Below are positions 37,225 to 48,127 of a stretch of 64,000 nucleotides of DNA, piece after piece. The DNA is taken from NCBI GenBank assembly GCA_004764695.1, contig SMSO01000032.1, positions 930,001 through 994,000 on the forward strand, read 5' to 3'. Under the pieces are notes generated by a model. The model searched no databases. It had not been told where the DNA came from and worked only from the letters and a program-made list of their open reading frames with translations. The translations under genes were made by a program, and so were the position numbers. Position 1 is the stretch's first letter. Each line of letters begins with the position of its first letter. The DNA is from Schizochytrium sp. TIO01 (taxonomy: Eukaryota; Protista; Bigyra: Labyrinthulomycetes).

Positions 37225-38496
37225 ATGGAGCGAATCATTTGGAAGGACGTCGAGCGAGAATGCGAAGATGGAGGAAGTCAGAGTAGCGATGATGATGCTG
37301 TGTCAAACTCTCCTCGTGCGAGTAGAGGCTTTCGACTTGGAGGTAAGGCAAGAAATATGAAGCTAGCTGCGCTCGCACGGGCAGCATCTGGCCACTCAAG
37401 ATCACTACTAGGGATCAAAGCAAAAAAAGAGTACCAATCGGCAAGAGTCGTAGAGCCAAATGATAAAGTAGAATCCAAAGTAAACCACGATAATGGTGAT
37501 AAAGATGAATCCTTCGACTTACGCGCAGACGAACAAGTGGCAATATTATTTCATCTTTATAGTCCATGCAAATCTTTAGTTCCACGTATTGACATGGATA
37601 TCATAGCTCGGGCGCTTGGAAATAAAGGTTTCGCAGAGTGGACTGCCCCTGGTACCAATACTAGACATAGGATTGTTTGCATGCGCTATAGAAAGGCACA
37701 TGATGCAGAACATATTTGGACTCACTTTGCTGATCGCCGAAATGGCGGGCGCAAAGTATTTCACCTTGGTCAAGGTCTTGAAGCTCGGGCGGTTTCCAAG
37801 CAAACTGTCACTAAGCACGAGGTAGGCTTTAAAAACGATGCCAAAAATCACTGCGCAGCCCCTCGCTCTAGAAATGAGGCTGCTATGACGAATAAAGCAG
37901 AGGTGCTTGACGACATTTGCAAAACTTTGCAAGAACTAGCATTTCCAGATCTCCTAGATGAACTTGGAGATCAAATCATTTCTATACAACGTGCTTTCGA
38001 TATGTATATGGAAAATGATGCTTTGTTAGGCTATGATCGAGTCTTTCTCGCTTTGCAAGAGGGCCTTCATTTGAATTCTACGCGAGCTGAAACTGCGCTT
38101 AAAACGGTCTCCTTGGAGGAGTTTTCCGTTCGAGGGGGAAACATCAGCCAAATCTATAAAACCAAGTCAATACTCGATCTGGCTTCCTTTTGTCGTTTGT
38201 GTGCTTTTCTGTTACGACATGACGAGTTTCCGTTTGTCCATCAAAAGTCCGCGGCAGACCAATTTCGGCCTAAACGCTTGCATTTCGACGAGGCAGAAGC
38301 AAAAGTAGTTTTTGATAACTGCAAATTGTTCCCTGGAGATAATTTTATTGAAAGCTATGAAGTTGGCCCAGCACTTCGTGCTCTAGGATTGCCAGCAAAT
38401 GATGACCAGGTCTTGCGATCCTTGGATGATCAGGGTATTGACCGTATTCGCTATAATTTTTTTCTCAGTATGGCGCATGACTTCCTTGCACAATGA
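37225..38496 (+). CDS. Hypothetical protein with degenerate C-terminal EF-hand-like lobe
   Basis: 423 aa ORF; EAKVVFD...IESYEVGPALRALGL...IRYNFFLSM resembles a calmodulin/myosin light chain lobe lacking canonical Ca loops. Confidence 0.7.
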   Translation: MERIIWKDVERECEDGGSQSSDDDAVSNSPRASRGFRLGGKARNMKLAALARAASGHSRSLLGIKAKKEYQSARVVEPNDKVESKVNHDNGDKDESFDLRADEQVAILFHLYSPCKSLVPRIDMDIIARALGNKGFAEWTAPGTNTRHRIVCMRYRKAHDAEHIWTHFADRRNGGRKVFHLGQGLEARAVSKQTVTKHEVGFKNDAKNHCAAPRSRNEAAMTNKAEVLDDICKTLQELAFPDLLDELGDQIISIQRAFDMYMENDALLGYDRVFLALQEGLHLNSTRAETALKTVSLEEFSVRGGNISQIYKTKSILDLASFCRLCAFLLRHDEFPFVHQKSAADQFRPKRLHFDEAEAKVVFDNCKLFPGDNFIESYEVGPALRALGLPANDDQVLRSLDDQGIDRIRYNFFLSMAHDFLAQ

Positions 38497-40488
38497 CTGA
38501 AGTTTATCTTCATGTACACATGATTCAACACTAATATGATCTACAAATCAATCGAAAATCTACACTTTTTTTCATACTTGACTTTTTGCTTTGCTGCTTG
38601 CAGCTTTTGCTTAGATTTTCACGCATACATTTCTGTCGTTCTATATACCCTTTTGCGTTGATAAAGAAGCAGATGCAGACACCTCTGACATATAATTGCT
38701 GTACATTGTGAAATGTGTTATTACCCTCTGTTGTTCTTTGTTCTCGGACCTTTGTACTTGCAAAGTGTGGAATGACACGCATCATTGAATTTTTGACTTG
38801 ATTCTTAAAGGCCTAAGTGCTAACTATATTAACAGAGACGTAGGTTTCCGGGTGTCCGCTGGTTTCCTTACGCTCTTGCTCTGCGGCATAGTTTGCGAAA
38901 TATGCTCTGATGAAACCAAGCGTAATCAAGATAATGTCTTTGATTCAGATGTGTGCATGGAAGGTGGGCGCCAAATAAGATGTCTTACTTTATTCATGCC
39001 TCATGTGGAGCCTTCGATCTCATGGCTGATGCCTTTCCCCATACCAGAGCTAAGGTCTTTGCTATCAGATGATGTTTTATTGCGTCGGTTTAAAGTTTAG
39101 CTTGCCCTTCCCAGTAATCATGTTGAGTGTGCTAACAATGGTATTGTCGTTCTTCTAAAAGTATTAATGGAAGAAAGTCTTTCCAGATCAGGTGCTTGCC
39201 AGGCTGCATCTATTTATGAATTATATACCCTTTGCACAAGACTATAACTCTAACTGTTGTAAAATTTTACTGTGACTATCCAAAATAGACGTCTACTCTC
39301 TAGGCTATATCTTACACCAATTTAATTTTCCAGTTGCTCCCCTGCTAATTGGGTAGCTCAGATTTGTACAGTAAGTATAGGTTCTTATGCGAAGTTGGAT
39401 GTGGTTGAAATGGCTACAAGCAAAAACAGTAAGTAGGGTGTTTCCTTGCTGGAATTATCCCTCTTTTTACTGTTAGTCACTACTAACAATAAATCTATTC
39501 GTCTATACCTTTATTTATTAATCTATTTATTTTTATTTTAAAAATAGAAAAAAAGAAGTCACGGCAGAAAAAGAATGTTCGAGTTGTAATTTCTTTTTTC
39601 TAGCTAGAGCAAAACTCAGCGCGTGCATGGCTTCTCACCAACAGACACCTCAAACGAACAATTCGAGCACTCTTCATTTTTCTATGGCTACCAATCCGTT
39701 TCAGATGCTGCAAACTGCGTGTAGAGCCGAAATTTTCACCAAAGCGAATGGAAAGTTAGCTGGGGACGCAGTTGCGGCGAGGGTGGGTGGGTGGGTAGGA
39801 GGAGAGATGCACAGAGAGTGAACAGTACACACCATATTATATGTACTTGGCAGAAGCTCAAAAGATCAAGGCTAGCCAGCCAGCCATTCGTTTTAATGTT
39901 CTACAACGCAGAGGAGGAGAAGCTGTGATTAAGGAAACTCATGATACCAAGTCCATCCAATCCGGAGCCGAGGGGGGGGGCGCATTCTCCAAGTTGCGGA
40001 TGGCTGGTAGATAGTCAAGCTTCTGATGAATTTGCAACGCCTGGGCTCCCCCTGGATAACTTCAACCTGAGGATATAACAAAAGCGCTCGGAAGGTATGT
40101 CAGTCTTGGAGTATTGACGAGTGTGGAGTTTATTCAGTCGCATCATAATTTATCATGCAGCCATGAATGTTTGCAAGCTTGGAGCTTGTTTAATTTAATT
40201 AAAAATTACCAAAAACATTAATTTTATTTTTACTGGAAAAGATCATGTTTGTAGCAGTAAGATGTAGGTCTCGCGTTCGGGAGGAACTTACGTGCTTCAA
40301 TGCAACGAGACCGAATGGTGTCTTGGCATCTGCAAACCTGAAACCTTGACACAAGGCTAGGTCTGGCGCTGCAAAGCCTGGGCTGCGTTTGGCGTGGAGC
40401 GGGTTTAGATACTGTTGCGTGAAAGGTTTTCAAAGCTCGCAACTCGAGTTCTGTGGCACGTGAAAACACACAAAAAAACAAACAAAAA

Positions 40489-42114
40489 ATGGGGCTCTTG
40501 CCAGGCACCGGTGAGCAGGAGCGCTCCCACGGTGCATCGCGCAGCCGTATTTCCAGCTTGAAAAACCGCTTGAGCTTTTCTCGACGGTCAAGCTCAAAGA
40601 GGTCTGGGGCGGTTTCGCGCGTTCATGGCCATTTGCTTGATTCGATTCATACGAGTTCGCCACAACACTCCTGTTCGCCAGGTTCTCCAAATACTTGCAC
40701 AGATCGCCACGAGCATCTTCACCTCTACAGGCTTCGGCATCATCATCGTTCTCGACGATCTTCGAAAGACGGCCTAAGCAGTAGCGATGGCAGTGCCAAA
40801 GACGATCAGGAGAAGAGGTCTTCTACCTCCTCGGTGTCAAGAGGTATTAGAGACGAAGACGAGGAAGAAGGGTACTTCAGGAGCGGCCAATTGACGTCAG
40901 ATTCTCATCTTACGGCACAGTTGAAATCAATGTATGAATCTCGAGATCGATATCCTTTATGTGAACCACTTGAGGGCGAGGCAGCGGAGGTGTGGGAGCT
41001 AGCGCATGAACAACTTTTGGAGGAGCTAGGTGAGGAGACAATTGGGAGATACGATGTGCAAAACTTCTATGGAAGATTTGTCATGGGCTGCATGTTTGAG
41101 TCGACCCAAGAAAAACGTGTAAAGACTGCGGTAGCGCGCATCATTAAGACCATTCGCTGGCGAGAGAAACATAATGTTGATGACATTATGGCAGAGTCAT
41201 TCCCACTAGCTGACGTACTTCGAACACAACTGTGGCCAATGCGTTTACTTGGGCCTGACGTAAATGGGCATGCGGTAGTTCTAATCCGACTTGGCGAGTG
41301 CGACTGGAGAGCTGCATCCAGAGCATTTTCATCAAGCAAAGAAATTGTTCATTACTTGATGTTTCACCAAGAAGTACAATTCAAAAGACTCCAGGCCATG
41401 GGTGTTTCTTCGAGGCAAGTGATCCTCTTTGATCTTGGTGGCCTTAGTATGGCAGATTACCGGATTGCTTATTCAAACGGTTTGGGATCTATTTTTGAGA
41501 TGTGGGCAAGCCATTATCCCGAATCAGTTGAGGCCTTTTACTTTCTCAACGCACCATGGGTCTTTAGAACGCTTTATAACATCCTCAAAGGGTTAGTGGA
41601 GCCAGATACGCTGGAGAAGGTTCATGTACGGAGCGAGCCCATCGAAAAAACACATGAAAGGCTTGCAGAAATGGGTATCGACCCTTCTTTGCTACCGTCC
41701 AAGTTGGGCGGGCAAGATCTAGGACAATTCATGATTCCAGACGGCCTTGCGCAAATCAAGGTCGAGAATGGCGAGGAGAGCCAGAGCCTTGCGCCTGATT
41801 GTATAGAAATGTTTCACTACCAAGAGCTATACAGACTTGGGTATGAGGTGCCAGAGGACGGGTGGCCATACATTAGCATTCACGAAAATGCAAAGGATGA
41901 GTCCAATGAATCGATGGAGAACACAGGGTCATCAGAAAAATCGCTAAGAAGTAGCAGACGCTTCTCTAAAGAAGCAGACGACGAATGGAACATGAATAAC
42001 ATGGCCCAAAGCTTTTATTCGAGTGTGGAGGTTGTAGAAGATTTCGCAACAGCCGTATATAACTTTGCAGCTGCTACGGTAGCTGCTCGGCAAGAGAAAA
42101 AAGAAGATATATGA
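40489..42114 (+). CDS. CRAL-TRIO (Sec14-like) lipid-binding protein
   Basis: First ATG at 40489 after an A-rich leader; TIRWREKHNVD, GPDVNGHAVVLIRLG, ILFDLGGLS, HYPESVEAFYFLNAPWVF and LLPSKLGG are Sec14 motifs. Confidence 0.9.
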   Translation: MGLLPGTGEQERSHGASRSRISSLKNRLSFSRRSSSKRSGAVSRVHGHLLDSIHTSSPQHSCSPGSPNTCTDRHEHLHLYRLRHHHRSRRSSKDGLSSSDGSAKDDQEKRSSTSSVSRGIRDEDEEEGYFRSGQLTSDSHLTAQLKSMYESRDRYPLCEPLEGEAAEVWELAHEQLLEELGEETIGRYDVQNFYGRFVMGCMFESTQEKRVKTAVARIIKTIRWREKHNVDDIMAESFPLADVLRTQLWPMRLLGPDVNGHAVVLIRLGECDWRAASRAFSSSKEIVHYLMFHQEVQFKRLQAMGVSSRQVILFDLGGLSMADYRIAYSNGLGSIFEMWASHYPESVEAFYFLNAPWVFRTLYNILKGLVEPDTLEKVHVRSEPIEKTHERLAEMGIDPSLLPSKLGGQDLGQFMIPDGLAQIKVENGEESQSLAPDCIEMFHYQELYRLGYEVPEDGWPYISIHENAKDESNESMENTGSSEKSLRSSRRFSKEADDEWNMNNMAQSFYSSVEVVEDFATAVYNFAAATVAARQEKKEDI

Positions 42115-44634
42115 GCATTACCATATTGAAAACTAAGAAGCGTATACTATATATATAACAACAAAGCACATATCTTTACATTATAATAATTTGAATGCCA
42201 GTAAACTCACATTTTATGAGCATATTCTACTTCCTATTTCGCAAATCGAAAATAGATCCAAAATTGTACTTTCGTAAATTTCCATCTCAACTCTCTCAAA
42301 GAGACATTTGCATCAGCAAGCTGGTGCTTGTAAGAGTGCATGTTCCCAGAATATTCTATCCAAGACCTCAAAAGTACGCCTCATCATTCTCACTTTAAAA
42401 AACCATGCATTTTTCTTGAAAAACCTAGCTAGCGCCAAATCTGTGTTAATATCCTTTTGTGGTTTACTTGTATAATAACTAGCTGGAAAAACACTCCTGA
42501 CGAACAATTTACAACACGAGCCAATACCAGATTTAACTGAAATTGATGCGAACGGATTATCATATGGGAGGCTTTATAGCTTAGAGGTGGTCTATGTTTA
42601 GCATAGAGGCTTACGATGACAAGAACTCCCACTTTGCGTCGTTCTAGCAACCTTGCCCGCGAAAGATGCATTCGCTACCATTGCATCCAACTTCAATCGT
42701 TGTACCATATATTGATAGACACTTGAAAACTATCCCCCTTGGTTCATGCTACATCTTGAACCATACTGCACAATGCTTCGGGCCGCCACTGGGTCAACTA
42801 TTTCTAGGTGAGGTTGTTTGGACTTGCAGTTGGCACATGTATCCACGCCATCAACATTACGAGGGTGTGCGGGAAGGATGCGAGCTACGGAACTTTCTTC
42901 GGGAAAATACATCTATGTGGCAGTGGATTTTATAGACTTGCTCAGAGTTCGAGCAGCTTCAATCGAGCTCTCGTGACAACGAATCTGCGCGGCTCGGCTC
43001 GGTTTTCTAGATTGGCACGAAGAGCCCGGTTCTTCATTGCTGATACCAATTAAAGCTTCAAGCGGATTGGCTTGGTTCAGAGCCACAGATTGGACCCACG
43101 CAAAGGCTAGCTTTGCTTGCGATAACGATAACTCACACCCTGGAACCCAAGGCCATGAGGAATGCTGGTTCTACTACAGCCTGGCAGCCTTGTGACATCC
43201 CTCTACATTTCTCTTCGTGGCTGAGATGCCGTCCCTCTCGCAGAGTGAATGCGCGAGCAGCTCACCTTAAAAGGTGGCAGCAGCTCGGGGGTCTTCCAAG
43301 TTTGGCATCGCTTCAAATTACCATGCCGCACGAGGAAACCCTCAACTATCATTCCTCTTGTTACCCAAACCCTTCGCGAAGCAGTTTCTCGCGCGGAATT
43401 TCCCACGAGGCAGTCGGTTGTACTTGGTTACCGCCCCTGTTAGGAGAACCAAGCCTCCAAATCATCCCTAATAACCTATAGCGAGCTTCACATCACCGAA
43501 ACTAGAAGCACATCTATTCGACACCACGCAACAACGCAGTTAGCACCGCCGAAGCTGTCCGTTTTGTGTCCCTCGATGCTCATCGCGAACTCTGTCGTCT
43601 CATCTGATGCTCGCTCCACAACTTTGTGGTCGCCTCGTATGGGTGCGCACCTGCAAGGGTGCTTATTACTTACTTATTATTGCCTAGTATACACATCAAA
43701 ACTGTCCATCTTGCACGAGATGAGCCCTACTACTGCTATGCATTGCATTGCATTGCATTGATTATTGACTGCCTTAGCGAGGTCTTAGGAAACCAGCCCT
43801 ATGATAGCACAACGAAGTCCTCGACCTCTTACGAGCGGAATCTTGTTTGCATTGCGCGTCACGCCTCAGACTTCGGGTTATTCGCCGCCATTGTGCGGTA
43901 GTCGCGGTGCCCGTCTGGGAGTGCTAGTATGCAATTTGTTAACCTCAGGTCGTCCTTGGAGAGCCTCCGGACAGCTCAGCGCAGGTGCCGCTCTTGAAGA
44001 ATCAACGATGGCAATTCGTGCCTGAGAATTTTGTTCCTCTCGTGAGACGCAGTTTTGCTGCATTTTCCGCAGCAAAAGTGGGCACAAATTTCGAGGTCTT
44101 ACGGACTCTTCTTCTCGCGAGGTATTGCTATACCTCGGTAACAAACGGGTCCGCAGCGGTGGTAAGAAAAGGCTGGATGAACGAAGGTATGAGATCAGTA
44201 GGGTCCATCTGCTTGTTAGACGCGGAGAATTGGAAACCTAAGTGCTCGTACTAAGCATATTTGTATTTGGCACCCCTCGATAATCTAGAATTTGTATAGT
44301 GATTCTCTGAAGAATTGATTGCTAAACAACTAACCACCTACATAGGGCGTGTTATCGCTAATAGTGATAACAGCAAGAGCATGAGTAATAGTTCTCATCT
44401 GTCATGGCAAGAGCAGAACTAGTTGTTTTTGTGTTTGTTCTTCTAGTAAGCACATAGTAGGTGCTACCGTAGTTGTAAAAGTCTAAAGCGCACGAAGAGT
44501 CCATTCTGGACAGAGCAAACCCCAAACGTAAATCACGACGCAAGCGAAACTCCCGAGCGATCGAGCATTGCAATAGCGATACGGTTGAGCAACTATCGCG
44601 AAGTAGATCCACGTTTATAATAAAAGCAGAGACC

Positions 44635-46245
44635 ATGTCTTGTGAAGAAGATCAATGGATCATTCCTGGTACGTTGGACCAAAACTTTTCGATGTAGAGC
44701 TTCATAGTCTCTCTTCTCCCAGTTCTGTTGAAGTATTTCTAGCAGGTGCTTTCATGGGAAGCTGGTATTGTAAATGCCTTTGCCACTTGAAGAAGGCACA
44801 AATCATCATTTGCAGCAGCCAGCAGCAGAAGGGTATTTGAGATGACAACCACGCGCGCACTAGCACGCGCAAGTAGTTGAGGCAGAGACCTGACGGATTT
44901 CAATATGGAGTCACTAACGATTGAACGCCTGTTTTATAACTGTAATGTCGACTGCATTTCTATGATCCAATTATGATTCGAGCAGAGTCACTGATCAGTA
45001 CCCGCACTGTCAACGCAATCCGCGATGTTGTGGACAGCCTTCGCATCCCCAAGGAGGAGCCAAACAAGAAGATGATCCCCTTGTCACTTGGTGATCCGAC
45101 ATGCTTCGGCAACCTAAAAACGACAGATGTACTTATTCGAGAGATTCAAAAGGCAGCAAGCGATCTCTCCGCGCATGGTTATCAGCACACAGCTGGCTCA
45201 ATGAAAGCGCGTGAAGCAGTCGCCAAACGCCAGGCCAAGGTAACTGGCCGCAATGTCACTGGGAACGATGTTACAATCGCCAGTGGCTGCTCTGGTGCCT
45301 TGGACATTGCCATCAAGGCATTTTGCAGTCCTGGTGATACGATTCTTCTTCCCCAGCCTGGGTTCCCGTTGTATGAGACCCTTGCACAAAGCCATGGCGT
45401 GAATGTGAAGTTCTACCCTCTGCTTCCTGACCAACAGTGGGAGATTGATGTCGAGGCCCTTGAAGGTCTTGTGGACGAGACTACGCGCTGCGTACTTATC
45501 AACAACCCTTCCAACCCATGCGGAAGTGTATATTCGAAGGAGCATCTGCAAGAGGTTCTCGCTGTGGCTGAACGATGCAGGATTGCTGTGATTGCTGATG
45601 AGATCTACGGCAACTTGGTGTTTAGCGGTGTCGAATTCTGTCCGATGGCAGCTCTGTCAACAACAGTACCAATTGTCGAGGTGGGTGGTTTGGCAAAGGA
45701 GTTCCTCGTTCCAGGCTTTCGCATCGGTTGGCTTGTCATCTACGACGTTGAGCTTGGCAACGGTTCTAGTGTTTTGATGAACGTACGCCGTGCTATTCAC
45801 AAGCTGACTCAGCTCACTCTTGGCGGTAACACCTTGTTACAAGCCTGCATGCCGGCAATTCTTACCCCAGAGGCGGGGTCTAAAGATGAACGCGACTTGG
45901 AGCAATTCAACGTAGATACCATCGCCGAGTTGGAGAAGAACGCAAACTACCTAGTGAAACGGCTTAGCAAGATCCCTGGTCTGCGTGTTGGCAAGGCTCA
46001 AGGTGCGATGTATGTGATGGTAGAGATTGACCAAACTATCATTCCCAATGAATGATGTGAAGTTTACTCAACAGTTGGTGGACGAGGAATTAGTCTTTGT
46101 CCTTCCTGGCTCCTGCTTCGGCCTCAAAAACTTTGTTAGAATTGTGTTCTGCGCCCCCGAGAAGGTTCTCAAGGACGCGTGCGAGCGCATTGAGAGTTTT
46201 GTGGAGCGCGTTATTTCTCTCAGTGATGACTCTGGCTCTGATTAA
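44635..46245 (+). CDS. TAT: Tyrosine aminotransferase (class I PLP aminotransferase); exon 1 44635-44668, exon 2 from 44986, +1 frame break near 46053
   Basis: Motifs LSLGDPT, SGCSGAL, PGFPLY, NNPSNPCG, IADEIY, GGLAKEFLVPGFRIGW and GAMYVMV. The C-terminal NDVKFT..LVDEELVFVLPGSCF...FVRIVFCAP lies in the next frame (46027-46245). Splicing gives MSCEEDQWIIPESLISTRTVNAIR. Confidence 0.9.
44669..44985 (+). other. Predicted spliceosomal intron of TAT (phase 1)
   Basis: Donor G|GTACG, branch ACTAAC at 44913-44918, acceptor GCAG|; the splice keeps frame and restores the conserved N-terminal Trp. Confidence 0.75.
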
Positions 46246-48127
46246 ATTTACTGCGCGCTCAATCTTCTTTTTCTACAGCTTTCAATGCTTGAAGAAATCT
46301 GCACCTGGGTTCCTCTCTTTAAAGTGATATGCTGTACGTGGCCTCTACAAAATTAAATCGCCTGAGACTTGGCGTCTCAAACCTTCTCTGATAATGATAA
46401 TAGTATGCATGTCGTCAGCCCATTATACAATGTATGGACGGTTATGACGCAGACAAAAGAATAGTAAAGTCAGATAGTTAAAAATTAAAATAAAAAATAA
46501 TGAACAAATTTACTCTTTCAACAAAAGTTGCCATTCGTTTTGTCTTTGACTCAACGCCCGGTCGTCCTGTTTGAGATCTTTGCGAATAATTTCGATGCCT
46601 GATTGTTGGAGCTCAATTTATTTCTGCTGAAAAAATAGAAAGCAGTACTCCAACAATAATAAAAATCATGCCGATGAATATTGAATCTCCTTGCGAGATC
46701 GAATTTTTTAATTTGAAAAGTGGTCCAGTCATTTATGACCGACCATAGCTGGACTGATAATAAACTCATAACAATGATTTGTGACCCAAACTGCTTGGAG
46801 ACGAACAGAGACGGTTTTTGCCCCTGTATGAACAGATCTGTCTGTGCTTTTGAAAATGTTCCGTAGGGCGTATGACGCGACCGTGTGCGTCCTTAGGTCT
46901 TTTCAGAAGCTTCATCATAACACCTTAGGCTGCTCGGGAGTTCGAGGTTTAGTATATAAATTTCAGTTTTGAAAAGAGGCAGGGAAGAAATAGAGACAGT
47001 TTCTGGGGAAACAGATCGCAGCAGCAAAAGGAAAGGAAAGAAGTATTCTCTATCAAAATGGGATTACAACTTCAGATAATTGGGAAAGCCCAACAGCAGA
47101 ACGTATCGCAGAGTAATATATATGCTTTAGGCAGCCGTGCTGAAAGAAATGAACCAATGGGCGGCATGTATGATGATTCCAAATCACTAAACACATTGAC
47201 AAGAAAAAGAAAGTGAGATCTGACATACGGTACTAGTAAAGATCGTGACTTGATTATTTAATTTATGAAAAAGCAGATCATCTATCACTTGTGATGTACT
47301 TATTTAACCCGATAAGTAACTGAATAATTACACAAGAGACGATGCAGACCTGGAGCGATTGCATGAATTTGTTTAAGATTATTTGTTTCAAACATCGTCA
47401 TCATCATCAGAGGCAGCAGCAGAAGTCTCTGCAAACCAGCTGAGCGACCTTTGTCAAGATAACAAGCGCCTGGGCTTAAATTGAATCTATCACATCTACA
47501 TTGCCTGGTTTGAGGGGGAAAGATGGACGGGGGGGAGGGGAAGAGAGAAGGGGAAATGGGGATGATCAGTTGCAAAGGAGACAATGAAAAAGATTAAAAA
47601 AAAAGATGATCACAGAGACGGTAGAAAATGATGATCTATGTTGCAACGCGGCGGCGTCCTCTCTAAACGAGAAAAATAGTGCGTTGGGAGACTACTCCAA
47701 TGGGTACTCATCTACAGAAACACTAGTCTGAGGTACCCATCCACGTGCCTCTGTGTGGATGGAACCTCTTGACAATGAAAAGGAGTAGAGGGAATGCTGC
47801 TGATGATAATAAAAGGTGATAAAATGGAGGTAGAAGAGTAAAAGTGATTGAGGGGGATCATGAAGGAGTGAGAGTGCACATGACAGGGTGCCAAGCGGCT
47901 CGAATTCTGACGAAAGAAATCAAGAAATGGGAGCTCCTAATCCACAAAGGGCACCTCGAAAAAGGGGGGGGGGGGGGGAGACAGACAGGAACTACTGTCG
48001 GAAAAGGAAGTCGAACAAAAGGGTATTTGTTGGTAGTATGGGCGAGTAACAGGAGACGAGGAGAAAGGGTAAATTTCACACACAAAACCGGCTATGAGCC
48101 CGAATTCACAATTGCTGAGCAGCGGAT

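Noticed and set aside
46053-46055. Selenocysteine or stop readthrough at the TGA in TAT (likewise at 27114)
   Set aside because: The continuation is in a different frame, so in-frame readthrough cannot restore the protein.
46010-46062. Micro-intron from GTATGT to AAG removing the TAT stop
   Set aside because: It would delete the conserved MYVMV and NDV residues, and there is no branch or pyrimidine signal.
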